A program made the translations under genes and the position numbers. Below the pieces are notes generated by a model that saw only the letters and a program-made list of their open reading frames with translations, ran no database searches and was not told where the DNA came from. Positions 16,672-25,045 of a stretch of 32,000 nucleotides of DNA are shown here, piece after piece. The DNA comes from Candidatus Arthromitus sp. SFB-rat-Yit (GTDB lineage Bacteria > Bacillota > Clostridia > Clostridiales > Clostridiaceae), in NCBI RefSeq assembly GCF_000283555.1, contig NC_016012.1, positions 930,001-962,000 of the forward strand. Direction: 5' to 3'. Numbering within the stretch: the stretch's first letter is position 1; every line of letters begins with the position of its first letter.

Positions 16672-18071
16672 TTCAGAATCTCCATATCTTTTATATAAAC
16701 TTCTCCACTTTCAATAAGAGTTTGTACATTTTGACTAAAAGAGTACTCAAAATATTTCATTTCAATATATTTTCTTATATCTGCCATTATTTTTTTCTTT
16801 AAGAGCATATCCTTTATTATATCATCTATCACTAAAATCTCACTTAATAAAATTCTTCCACTATAACCTGTAAATTTACATTTTTCACATCCATTTGGTG
16901 AATAATATTTTGCTTTTTCATATTTCTTGTTAAATACTATCATTTCATCAATATATTTTTTCTTCTTACATCTACATAACTTTTTTACAAGCCTTTGAGA
17001 TATAACCAAATCCAATGCGTCTATAGCTAAAAATTCACTAACTCCCAAATCAATTAACCTTGTTACTACAGATAATGAATCCTTAGCATGTATTGTTGAA
17101 AAAACCTTGTGTCCAACTACAGAAGACGACACAGCAACTTTTGCAGTTTCTTCATCACGAATTTCTCCAATCATTAATACATCTGGATCATGTCTTAATA
17201 TATTTTTTGATATTTCATCAAAAGTAAGCCCTGCTTTTTCATTAATAGAACTTTGATTTATTCCATCAATTTCATATTCAACTGGATCCTCTATAGTATA
17301 GATGCTTACTTTTTCAGTATTTATATGCTCTATAAATTTATATAAAGTGGTTGACTTTCCGCTTCCAGTAGGTCCTGATAATATAATCATTCCATTTTTT
17401 TTCATAAGATACTTTTCTATAATTTCGATTTGTTCTTCACTAAATCCAAGATCAATTATATTTTCATATTCATTCCTATTATTATGGATTCTTATAGAAA
17501 TTTTTTCTCCCTTAGATGTAAGGAGTGTCGAAACCCTCAAATTATATTTAAAATCATTGTATTTATATGTAATTTTTCCATCTTGAGATATCCTCTTCTC
17601 GGTTATATCTAAATTACTCATGACTTTTATCTTTGTTGATATGAATTTATGTGCTCGAAATGAAAGTTTTTTAAACATCTCAAGCTCCCCATTACGCCTA
17701 AAACGAACATTAGATCCAGATTTATTTGGTTCAATATGTATATCACTTACCTTCATATCTATAGCTGTCCTAATGGTATCATCATATATATCATCTAGGT
17801 TTTCATCCGATAAATTTTGTCTCGATTTAAAAACTTCATAATAATGAGCTATATTTTGTTGCACACTTTCTATAGAGCGTATATATGGAACAACGTTATC
17901 ATTAAACATAACCTTTAAATCATTTATAACCTTGTCCATAATTTCAGAACAAATTATTATAACTCCATTATCATATCTCCTAATTGGTAAAACATTAAAT
18001 TTTGTCGCAAAATCATAATTAACATAATTTAATAAATCCAATTCAATATCTTCTAAAACCAAACTTATCAC
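16668..18071 (-). CDS. pilB: Type IV pilus assembly ATPase (GspE/PilB family)
   Basis: Walker A SGPTGSGKSTT, Asp box YTIEDPVEYEI, Walker B DPDVLMIGEIRD, His box GHKVFSTIHA and a tetracysteine motif CRC...CEKC. The track start GTG 18071 lies inside the GGGGTGA Shine-Dalgarno, so TTG 18062 may be the real start. Confidence 0.9.
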   Translation of the reverse strand: MISLVLEDIELDLLNYVNYDFATKFNVLPIRRYDNGVIIICSEIMDKVINDLKVMFNDNVVPYIRSIESVQQNIAHYYEVFKSRQNLSDENLDDIYDDTIRTAIDMKVSDIHIEPNKSGSNVRFRRNGELEMFKKLSFRAHKFISTKIKVMSNLDITEKRISQDGKITYKYNDFKYNLRVSTLLTSKGEKISIRIHNNRNEYENIIDLGFSEEQIEIIEKYLMKKNGMIILSGPTGSGKSTTLYKFIEHINTEKVSIYTIEDPVEYEIDGINQSSINEKAGLTFDEISKNILRHDPDVLMIGEIRDEETAKVAVSSSVVGHKVFSTIHAKDSLSVVTRLIDLGVSEFLAIDALDLVISQRLVKKLCRCKKKKYIDEMIVFNKKYEKAKYYSPNGCEKCKFTGYSGRILLSEILVIDDIIKDMLLKKKIMADIRKYIEMKYFEYSFSQNVQTLIESGEVYIKDMEILK

Positions 18072-18160
18072 CCCGATTAGTTAAATATATTTTGATTATT
18101 TCATTAAATTTTCAAAATATACAGACTTTATATTAAATAATAAAATTTTTAATATTTGTA

Positions 18161-18169
18161 TGTTATAAT
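18161..18169 (+). promoter_or_regulatory. Extended -10 element (TGtTATAAT) for rqcH
   Basis: TGTTATAAT at 18161-18169, about 20 nt upstream of the rqcH ATG. No good -35, which is compatible with an extended -10 promoter. Confidence 0.35.
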
Positions 18170-18188
18170 TTAAAATGAGGTGATATAT

Positions 18189-19895
18189 ATGCCATTAGAC
18201 GGAATTTTTCTATATTCATTAATTGAAGAACTAAGACCTAAAATAATAAATGGTAAGATTAGGAAAATTAATCAGTTTGATAAATATAGTTTTGTTTTTA
18301 ACGTTAGGTGCAGTGGTGAAAACCAAAATTTATTGATAAGTGCGAATTCCAAATATAATTCAATAAACCTAACTAACCAAAAACATGAAACACCAAAATC
18401 AAATTTTATGTTTTCAACTATTTTGAAAAAATACATATTAAATGGAACAATCAAAGATATTTCCCAAATAGAAAATGATCGAATTTTAAAATTATATATA
18501 GAAAACAGAAATGAACTTGGAAATGTAAAGGAATTTGAACTTATAATTGAGCTAATGGGCAAACATAGTAATGTTTCACTTGTTGAAAAAGATACTCAAA
18601 AAGTTTTAGATTCTATAAAACATCTTTCATTAAATAATAATTCTTACAGAACTCTTATACCGAATTCAATTTATAAATATCCACCAAAAGATGATTTAAA
18701 ATTAAATCCAATGGATTTCACAATACAAAACTTTAAAAAAATATTAAATATCATAGAAAACGAACCGTCAATGTATTCAAAAATATTTCAAGGAGTTTCA
18801 CCCCAACTATCAAAATTCATATTTGAATTAATCTCAAATGAATCCTTTGATAAAAAATTTGAAATTCTAAGTGAAATATTTAAAAACATAAAACTCAATC
18901 CAACTCTATATAAAGTAAATAATACATATAAAGATTTTTATAGTTTTGACATCAATATAAGCAATGATAAAATCACAAAACAAAACTTAAACGAATTAAT
19001 AGATGATTTTATTATAAACAAAAATATATCTGACGATATAAATGGAAAACTCACAAATATCAAAAAGATTATAAACTCTATCATACAAAAATCTTCTAAA
19101 AAAATCTCAATTTTTAAAAATGAAATTAAAAACAGTGAGGATAAATATAAATTTAAACTTTATGGTGATCTAATTTCTTCAAATATCTACATGCTAAAAG
19201 GTAAAGAAGATCACATAATGGTTCAAAATTATTTCAGTGAAAATCTGGAAGAAATTAAAATTCCATTAAATCCTAAAATGACTCCATCGCAAAATATAGA
19301 GTATTATTATAAAAAATTTAAAAAGCTGAAGAAATCTGAAGAAATAAATTTAATTAACATTTCATCCTGTGAAAAAGAAATAGATTATTTAAACTCTGTA
19401 CTTCTTAACTTAAACAACGCACAAAGCATTAATGACATTGATGATATAAGAATTGAGCTTGGAGAAAGTGGCTATTTGAAAGTTATAAAAACAAAAAATA
19501 AAGATAGCATAATAAAATCATCTCCACACCATTATGTAACCTCGAATGGAATTTCAATTTTTGTAGGAAAAAATAATATACAAAATGAATCACTAACTTT
19601 TAAGATTGCAAAAAAAGACTACACATGGTTTCATGTTAAAAATATTGCAGGCAGCCATGTTATACTTGCACATAACAATCCAAATAACAAATTAATAGAA
19701 ATAGCATCCATGTTAGCAGCATTTTACAGCAAATCATCTTCTTCCTCAAATGTTCCAGTAGATTATACAAAAGTTAAGAACGTAAAAAAAATGCCACACG
19801 CAAAACCTGGAATGGTCATTTATACATCATATAATACTGCTTATGTTACTCCCCCCACTAGTATAGATGAACTTAACTTAACAATAAAATCTTAG
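18189..19895 (+). CDS. rqcH: NFACT-family ribosome quality control protein RqcH (historically fibronectin-binding protein A)
   Basis: The N-terminal NFACT-N domain (MPLDGIFLYSLIEELRPKIINGKIRKINQ...) and the C-terminal NFACT-R/DUF814 domain (WFHVKNIAGSHVIL...PGMVIYT). The ATG at 18189 has GAGGTGA upstream. The track start at 18180 is a GTG inside that Shine-Dalgarno. Confidence 0.88.
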   Translation: MPLDGIFLYSLIEELRPKIINGKIRKINQFDKYSFVFNVRCSGENQNLLISANSKYNSINLTNQKHETPKSNFMFSTILKKYILNGTIKDISQIENDRILKLYIENRNELGNVKEFELIIELMGKHSNVSLVEKDTQKVLDSIKHLSLNNNSYRTLIPNSIYKYPPKDDLKLNPMDFTIQNFKKILNIIENEPSMYSKIFQGVSPQLSKFIFELISNESFDKKFEILSEIFKNIKLNPTLYKVNNTYKDFYSFDINISNDKITKQNLNELIDDFIINKNISDDINGKLTNIKKIINSIIQKSSKKISIFKNEIKNSEDKYKFKLYGDLISSNIYMLKGKEDHIMVQNYFSENLEEIKIPLNPKMTPSQNIEYYYKKFKKLKKSEEINLINISSCEKEIDYLNSVLLNLNNAQSINDIDDIRIELGESGYLKVIKTKNKDSIIKSSPHHYVTSNGISIFVGKNNIQNESLTFKIAKKDYTWFHVKNIAGSHVILAHNNPNNKLIEIASMLAAFYSKSSSSSNVPVDYTKVKNVKKMPHAKPGMVIYTSYNTAYVTPPTSIDELNLTIKS

Positions 19896-19969
19896 TTAAT
19901 TTAATACATAAATAATAATTAAAATTCTAATAATATAAGTGTATTCTAAAATAAAAGGTGGTTTATATT

Positions 19970-20146
19970 ATGGGAAGAAATGTTCAAGATCACGTAGATT
20001 CAAGTATAAATTCAATGCAAAACATAATAGATTCTCTACAAAAAGCTGAATGTAATTGTGAAAAAGAATCTAACAAAAAAGTTATAAGATCGGCAATAGA
20101 ATCTATAAATTGTGCTTGTAATCATCTTTGTGATTACTGCGATTAA
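19970..20146 (+). CDS. Small (58-aa) cysteine-rich hypothetical protein
   Basis: AAAAGGTGG Shine-Dalgarno 8 nt before the ATG at 19970, and a terminator right after the stop. Sequence: MGRNVQDHVDSSINSMQNIIDSLQKAECNCEKESNKKVIRSAIESINCACNHLCDYCD, with six Cys arranged as CxC, CxC and CxxC. No family recognised. Confidence 0.55.
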   Translation: MGRNVQDHVDSSINSMQNIIDSLQKAECNCEKESNKKVIRSAIESINCACNHLCDYCD

Positions 20147-20151
20147 AACAA

Positions 20152-20183
20152 AAATCCTATGAAAATTATTCATAGGATTTTTT
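20152..20183. terminator. Bidirectional terminator between the small Cys-rich gene and the hutZ-like gene
   Basis: 12-bp stem AAATCCTATGAA (20152-20163) pairs with TTCATAGGATTT (20169-20180) across a 5-nt loop. A-run on the left and T-run on the right. Confidence 0.75.
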
Positions 20184-20184
20184 G

Positions 20185-20661
20185 CTATTTATTATGTGCA
20201 GGGGCTTTCTTATCTATAAATACTTGTTTTTCAATCCAAGTATTATCTTCATATGTTATATCAAAGGCTTTACCGAAACCTTTAACTAATCTTCCATTTA
20301 AAATAGTTATTTCGAAAAAGTCAAAATCCATTCCATACAATACTTCCATCATTCTCTTTCCATGTATTTCCTCAAACTTTTCTCTAATACAATCTGGAAC
20401 TTCTTCAACTTTTTTTGCATTACCATTAAAACTTACTCTTTCTCTAGCAAATAAATTTTGAGATTTAGATTCATCAGCTACGACCATTAAGCTTATATTT
20501 CCATTCTCATCTATATTCTTATGATGATCTGCAATTCTACTTATATAAATATAAACTTTATTATCTACCATTATATAAGGTGAATAACTTATTTGTGGAA
20601 ACCCTTCACTATTCAAAGATGAAATCATTATAGTTTTTTGTGAATTTAAAATTTCTTTCAT
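20185..20661 (-). CDS. hutZ: HutZ/HugZ-family heme-binding/heme-degrading protein (PNPOx-like split barrel)
   Basis: 158 aa. ISYSPYIMVDNKVYIYISRIADHHKNI...ISLMVVADESKSQNLFARERVSFNG...GRLVKGFGKAF aligns well with my recollection of Vibrio HutZ (SYAPFV...ISHIARHARNL...IEDE..AKQLFARKRLTFD...LFVKGFGQAY). It is the last gene of an iron-complex ABC operon. Confidence 0.75.
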   Translation of the reverse strand: MKEILNSQKTIMISSLNSEGFPQISYSPYIMVDNKVYIYISRIADHHKNIDENGNISLMVVADESKSQNLFARERVSFNGNAKKVEEVPDCIREKFEEIHGKRMMEVLYGMDFDFFEITILNGRLVKGFGKAFDITYEDNTWIEKQVFIDKKAPAHNK

Positions 20662-20680
20662 TTAATTTTCCTCCAATATT

Positions 20681-21457
20681 TTAGGATTTATAATTACTAA
20701 TTGGTATTATTATTGATTTATTTTTGTACTCACATATATGACAATTTATATCATATACCTCTCTTAAATTTTCACAATTTATAACTTCTTTAGGTTTACC
20801 ATAATCAAAAACTTTGCCATCCTTCATTAATATAATTTTATCACTATATTGAATAGCTTGGTTCAAATCGTGTAAAACCATAACTATAGTTATACTTTTG
20901 CTAATATTTATATCTTTAATAAGTTCCATAAGCTCCAACTGATGTGATATATCCAAGTATGTTGTTGGTTCATCCAATAACAATAAATTTGGAGTTTGTG
21001 CAAGAGCCATAGATATCCAAACTCTTTGTCTTTCTCCACCAGATAAACTATTAATACTCGTATTCCTATATTTGAAAACTTTTGTGTATTTCATAGCTTG
21101 TTCCACTATTTCACAATCTATATTACTTTTCTTTTCATACCATCTCTTATGAGGTGACCTTCCATACTTAACTAACTGCTCTACTGTTATATCCCCTATT
21201 AAATCGTTATGCTGCGATAAAATAGCTACTTGTTTTGAAAAATCTTTTAAAGATTTCAAATAAATATTTTCATCCTCAAAATAAATATCCCCAGACAAAG
21301 GTTTAAGATATCTAGTTAAACAATTAAGAAGAGTAGATTTACCCGAACCATTAGGTCCTAAAATTGTTACAATTTCCCCTCTTTGTATCTCAATAGATAA
21401 TTTTTCTATTATAACCTTGTCTTCATATCCAACTTTTAAATCTTTTACACTTAACAA
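20681..21457 (-). CDS. Iron-complex/heme ABC transporter ATP-binding protein (FecE/HmuV type)
   Basis: Walker A GPNGSGKST, signature LSGGERQRV, Walker B LLLLDEPT and H-loop VLHDL. 258 aa. Confidence 0.9.
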   Translation of the reverse strand: MLSVKDLKVGYEDKVIIEKLSIEIQRGEIVTILGPNGSGKSTLLNCLTRYLKPLSGDIYFEDENIYLKSLKDFSKQVAILSQHNDLIGDITVEQLVKYGRSPHKRWYEKKSNIDCEIVEQAMKYTKVFKYRNTSINSLSGGERQRVWISMALAQTPNLLLLDEPTTYLDISHQLELMELIKDINISKSITIVMVLHDLNQAIQYSDKIILMKDGKVFDYGKPKEVINCENLREVYDINCHICEYKNKSIIIPISNYKS

Positions 21458-21463
21458 AAATCA

Positions 21464-22453
21464 CTACTCTCCTTTCTTTTTTCTTAATAAATATAGGAAA
21501 AATGGGGCTCCTAATAATGACATTATTATACCAACAGGTAATTCTATACTCCCTCCTATTACTCTAGATAATGTATCGGCTAAAAGTACAATTATCCCAC
21601 CAAAAGAAATAGCTAAAGGTAAAGAATATTTATAATCATACCCAACTATCATTCTACAAATATGCGGTATTACAAGCCCAACAAATCCTATGATACCAAC
21701 AATAGATGTGCATACTGCTGCTAAAAACACTCCAACTATAGATACAAATAATCTCAAATATGTAATATTGAATCCTAAATTTAAAATTGTTTTTTCTCCA
21801 AGAGCTAATATATTAGCTGGTTTTATACAAAACAAAGCCAATATTAGTCCAATAATCACATAAATACTCAAAAGCTTAAAATCAGACCACGTCTTCTGTG
21901 ACAAACTCCCATTTAACCAAAGCAGTGCACTCTGTATTCTATCACTATAAAAAATTGTAAATATTGATATTATACTTCCAAACACAGCATTAACAGCAAC
22001 ACCAGATAATATAATTCTGCTAGGAGAAATCCCTCCATCTTTCCATGCTAATAAAAATACTAACATGCACGCTATAAGTCCACCCAAAAAAGATGCTATA
22101 GGTAAACCATAAGAAAATGAAGGAATAACCAAGAGTATTATAATTGCTACAACACTAGCTCCCGAAGATACTCCAGTTATTCCTGGATCTGCCAATGGAT
22201 TTTTCATGACAGATTGTAAAAGCATACCTGAAACAGATAAACCAGCACCAACCAAAACAGCAATAAGATTTCTCGGTAGTCTAATTTCATAAACTATTAC
22301 GTTTAATAAATTGTTTCCCTTACCAAAAAGTGATAACAAGATTTCTTTTAATTCAAACTTTACACTACCAAAGATACACAATACAAATGCCAAAATAAAT
22401 AATACTACATATGAAATAACTATAATTGCTACTGATTTCTTTTTACTAACCAT
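21464..22453 (-). CDS. Iron-complex/heme ABC transporter permease (FecCD family)
   Basis: Polytopic. RLPRNLIAVLVGAGLSVSGMLLQSVMKNPLADPGITGVSSGAS is the FecCD signature. The ATG at 22453 (MVSKKKS...) overlaps the SBP gene stop by 8 nt. The longer track start at 22513 lies inside the SBP gene. Confidence 0.9.
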   Translation of the reverse strand: MVSKKKSVAIIVISYVVLFILAFVLCIFGSVKFELKEILLSLFGKGNNLLNVIVYEIRLPRNLIAVLVGAGLSVSGMLLQSVMKNPLADPGITGVSSGASVVAIIILLVIPSFSYGLPIASFLGGLIACMLVFLLAWKDGGISPSRIILSGVAVNAVFGSIISIFTIFYSDRIQSALLWLNGSLSQKTWSDFKLLSIYVIIGLILALFCIKPANILALGEKTILNLGFNITYLRLFVSIVGVFLAAVCTSIVGIIGFVGLVIPHICRMIVGYDYKYSLPLAISFGGIIVLLADTLSRVIGGSIELPVGIIMSLLGAPFFLYLLRKKKGE

Positions 22454-23363
22454 TAAATATTCTTCCAAGTTCAGTAAGTGCTTTATCAATATTAATATTT
22501 GCAGATGTACCAAATAAATTGGAATCTAAATTATAGATCTTGTTATTTTTTACAGCATCCAAATTCATCCAAGCTGGATTCTCTCCAAATAATTTTTCAA
22601 GTGACTTATTAGCCTCATCTATATTTCCATGTCCAAAAGTTAATATTAAATCTGGTTGATTTACTAGCAATTGCTCCAAATTTAAGTTAACATAATTGTT
22701 CACTGCTTGCACATCTGAATTGCTCGCCATTATCTCATTAACTATATTTTTTACTCCCAAAGCTTTAACCAAACTTCCAACATAAGAATCTTCCGTCGCA
22801 AGCATATTGCTTTCTGAAGTACCGGATATTATAGCAACTTTAAGATCTTTATTTACAGCACTTAAATTATTTAGTGGCTCTCTAAATCTTTCTACCAACT
22901 TACTTGCTTCTTTCTCTTTGTTTATCTTTTTCCCTAATTCTTCTATATCACGTAAAAATTTATCATAACTAGAAGTGTCAATATAGAATGTGTCAATTCC
23001 ATATTGTTTTGCTGAATTTTCAATTTTATCCTTAAACAAATAATCGCCAATCAAAAGTTCTGTTCCAACAGATAGAACCTTTTCAAAATCTGGAGAAAAA
23101 GAACTACCTATTTCAGGAATATCAACATAAGTAGCTGGTAATTCTAACTTAGTTGTTGGTCTTCCAACTATCTTTTGATTAAGCTCAGATAGAACATGTG
23201 AAATCGCAACACTAGCTACTGATATTTTAATTTCTTTTTGTTGCTGATTAATTGACACATTGCTACTATTCGTATCATTTTCTTTAGATGCTTGTCCAAC
23301 AGAACTACATCCAAGAAGCAAAAAGCTAACTAAAATGATACTCGATACTCTTTTAAATTTCAT
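22446..23363 (-). CDS. Iron-complex/heme ABC transporter substrate-binding lipoprotein
   Basis: Lipobox LLLGCSS after a signal peptide. 305 aa with class III periplasmic-binding-protein features. First gene of the operon. Confidence 0.8.
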   Translation of the reverse strand: MKFKRVSSIILVSFLLLGCSSVGQASKENDTNSSNVSINQQQKEIKISVASVAISHVLSELNQKIVGRPTTKLELPATYVDIPEIGSSFSPDFEKVLSVGTELLIGDYLFKDKIENSAKQYGIDTFYIDTSSYDKFLRDIEELGKKINKEKEASKLVERFREPLNNLSAVNKDLKVAIISGTSESNMLATEDSYVGSLVKALGVKNIVNEIMASNSDVQAVNNYVNLNLEQLLVNQPDLILTFGHGNIDEANKSLEKLFGENPAWMNLDAVKNNKIYNLDSNLFGTSANINIDKALTELGRIFNG

Positions 23364-23387
23364 AAATATACTCCACTATTTTAATAT

Positions 23388-23402
23388 TGATAATCAAAAT
23401 CA
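23388..23402 (-). promoter_or_regulatory. Fur-box-like 7-1-7 operator upstream of the heme/iron ABC operon
   Basis: The minus strand reads TGATTTTGATTATCA, against the Bacillus-type Fur consensus TGATAATNATTATCA (12 of 14 specified positions). It lies 25-39 nt upstream of the SBP ATG. Confidence 0.5.
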
Positions 23403-23422
23403 TTTATTTTATTTATAATTTT

Positions 23423-23447
23423 AGGAGCAACATAAATTATTGCCCCT
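23423..23447 (-). terminator. Weak hairpin after ahpC (possible terminator)
   Basis: The minus-strand RNA AGGGGCAA-N9-TTGCTCCT forms 8 bp including one G-U pair. The tail that follows is A/U-mixed rather than a clean U-run. Confidence 0.3.
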
Positions 23448-23458
23448 TAAATCATTTA

Positions 23459-24022
23459 TTAAAGTTTTCCAACCAAATCAATTCCTGGTTTTAATGTTTC
23501 ACTTCCAGGTTTCCACTTAGCTGGGCAAACTTGATCACCATATTGTGCTACAAACTGGCTAGCTTGTAACTTACGAAGTAATTCTGAAGCATTTCTTCCA
23601 ACATTACCAGCATTAACTTCATAACATACTATTTTACCTTCTGGGTTAAGGATGAAAGCTCCACGCTCAGCTAATCCATTTTCATCTATGTATACTTCAA
23701 AGTCTTTTGAAAGTACATGCGTTGGATCTGCAAGCATAACATATTTAATTTTTTTGATACTATCAGATGCATCATGCCAAGCTTTGTGAACAAAGTGAGT
23801 ATCTGTAGAAACTGAATAAACTTCACAATTATTGCTTTTGAATTCTTCATAAAGATCTGATAAATCTTCTAATTCTGTAGGACATATAAATGTGAAATCT
23901 GCTGGATAAAAGAAAAATATACTCCACTTTCCTAAAACATCGCTCTTATTAATCGTTTTAAATTCACCATTACAAAATGCTTGAACACTAAAATCAGAAA
24001 TTTCCTTATTTATCAATGACAT
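23459..24022 (-). CDS. ahpC: Peroxiredoxin, alkyl hydroperoxide reductase subunit C
   Basis: 187 aa. FFFYPADFTFICPTEL (peroxidatic Cys) and the C-terminal GDQVCPAKWKPG (resolving Cys) mark a typical 2-Cys AhpC. Confidence 0.93.
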   Translation of the reverse strand: MSLINKEISDFSVQAFCNGEFKTINKSDVLGKWSIFFFYPADFTFICPTELEDLSDLYEEFKSNNCEVYSVSTDTHFVHKAWHDASDSIKKIKYVMLADPTHVLSKDFEVYIDENGLAERGAFILNPEGKIVCYEVNAGNVGRNASELLRKLQASQFVAQYGDQVCPAKWKPGSETLKPGIDLVGKL

Positions 24023-24053
24023 AACACTAACTCCTTTTTAATTGATATTTATT

Positions 24054-24082
24054 ATTATATCAGATTGAATATATATTGTAAA
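24054..24082 (-). promoter_or_regulatory. SigmaA-type promoter for ahpC (TTTACA-N17-TATAAT)
   Basis: On the minus strand, -35 TTTACA (24082-24077), a 17-nt spacer, then -10 TATAAT (24059-24054), about 32 nt upstream of the ATG. AAAGGAG Shine-Dalgarno. Confidence 0.5.
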
Positions 24083-24098
24083 TATTAATAATTAATAT
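24082..24098. promoter_or_regulatory. Perfect 8-1-8 A/T palindrome abutting the ahpC -35 (possible PerR/Fur-family operator)
   Basis: ATATTAAT-A-ATTAATAT. It has the same 7-1-7 architecture as Fur-family boxes (PerR consensus TTATAATNATTATAA) and matches 10 of 14 specified positions. Confidence 0.3.
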
Positions 24099-24113
24099 CA
24101 TTTAATTATTATT

Positions 24114-24989
24114 TTAAAATGTCATTATAATTGTTCCAAATACAATCAATATTAATCCCATAAATGAAACCTTGCTTAATTTTTCTTTTAAGAATATACA
24201 CGAGAATATTATAGAAACAACGATACTCAATTTGTCTATTGGAATTACTAAGCTTACAATTCCATTCTTTATTGAGTAATAATAACATAGCCATGATACT
24301 CCCGTGGAAATTCCTGAAAGTAGTATAAATCTTAATTCACGCTTATCAATTTTTGTAATTCCTTTGTATTCTTTTGTTACAAAAATAATAATCCAAGAAA
24401 TTATAAGTATAACGATCGTTCTTATTAATGTTCCAAGATTTGAGTCTACATTATCTATACCAATTTTCCCAAGTACTGAAGTTAGCGATGCAAAAATCGA
24501 CGAAAGAATTGCATATAAAATGTAAATGTTCTTCTTTTTGTTCTTATTTATTTGTTTCCTTTCAATCATCAAAATGGTCCCAATTGAAATAAAAATAATA
24601 CCTATCAATTTAATTAATAAATTATCCGTTTCATTAAATAAAACTATAGCAAAAAGTATGCTTAACACTACACTTGACTTATCTATAACAACAACTTTAT
24701 TTAAATCACCTATTGATAAAGCCTTGAAATAAAGTATCCAAGAAAACCCTGTCATGATGCCCGACAATAAAAGAAACACAAATGATCTCAACGTAATGTC
24801 CTTAATAGAGCTAAACGCTCCGCTTATAATAACTATCACTAATGAAAATATTACAATTATAATTGTTCTTATTGCCATTGCAACATTTGAATTTGTCTTT
24901 CTTATTCCACACTTTACAAGTATCGATGTTATACCTGCAAAGAATGCAGACACTATAGCCATAATAAACCACATTTTCAAAACCTCCAC
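24114..24989 (-). CDS. EamA/DMT-superfamily transporter
   Basis: 291 aa with ten predicted TM helices arranged as two EamA-like repeats. The real start may be the internal MWFIMAIV. Confidence 0.75.
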   Translation of the reverse strand: MEVLKMWFIMAIVSAFFAGITSILVKCGIRKTNSNVAMAIRTIIIVIFSLVIVIISGAFSSIKDITLRSFVFLLLSGIMTGFSWILYFKALSIGDLNKVVVIDKSSVVLSILFAIVLFNETDNLLIKLIGIIFISIGTILMIERKQINKNKKKNIYILYAILSSIFASLTSVLGKIGIDNVDSNLGTLIRTIVILIISWIIIFVTKEYKGITKIDKRELRFILLSGISTGVSWLCYYYSIKNGIVSLVIPIDKLSIVVSIIFSCIFLKEKLSKVSFMGLILIVFGTIIMTF

Positions 24990-25005
24990 TGTTAATTTTA
25001 ATACA

Positions 25006-25045
25006 TAACAAAAAGAGTAACAAACTAAAACGTTCGTTACTCTTT
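25006..25045 (-). terminator. Rho-independent terminator after the DUF3284-like gene
   Basis: 10-bp stem (25012-25021 pairs with 25036-25045). On the minus strand TTTTTGTTATG follows. The gene's stop codon (25037-25039) lies inside the stem. Confidence 0.6.

Noticed and set aside
22454-22513. 20-codon upstream extension of the FecCD permease
   Set aside because: It lies inside the SBP gene. The ATG at 22453 gives the usual short overlap and a typical permease N-terminus.
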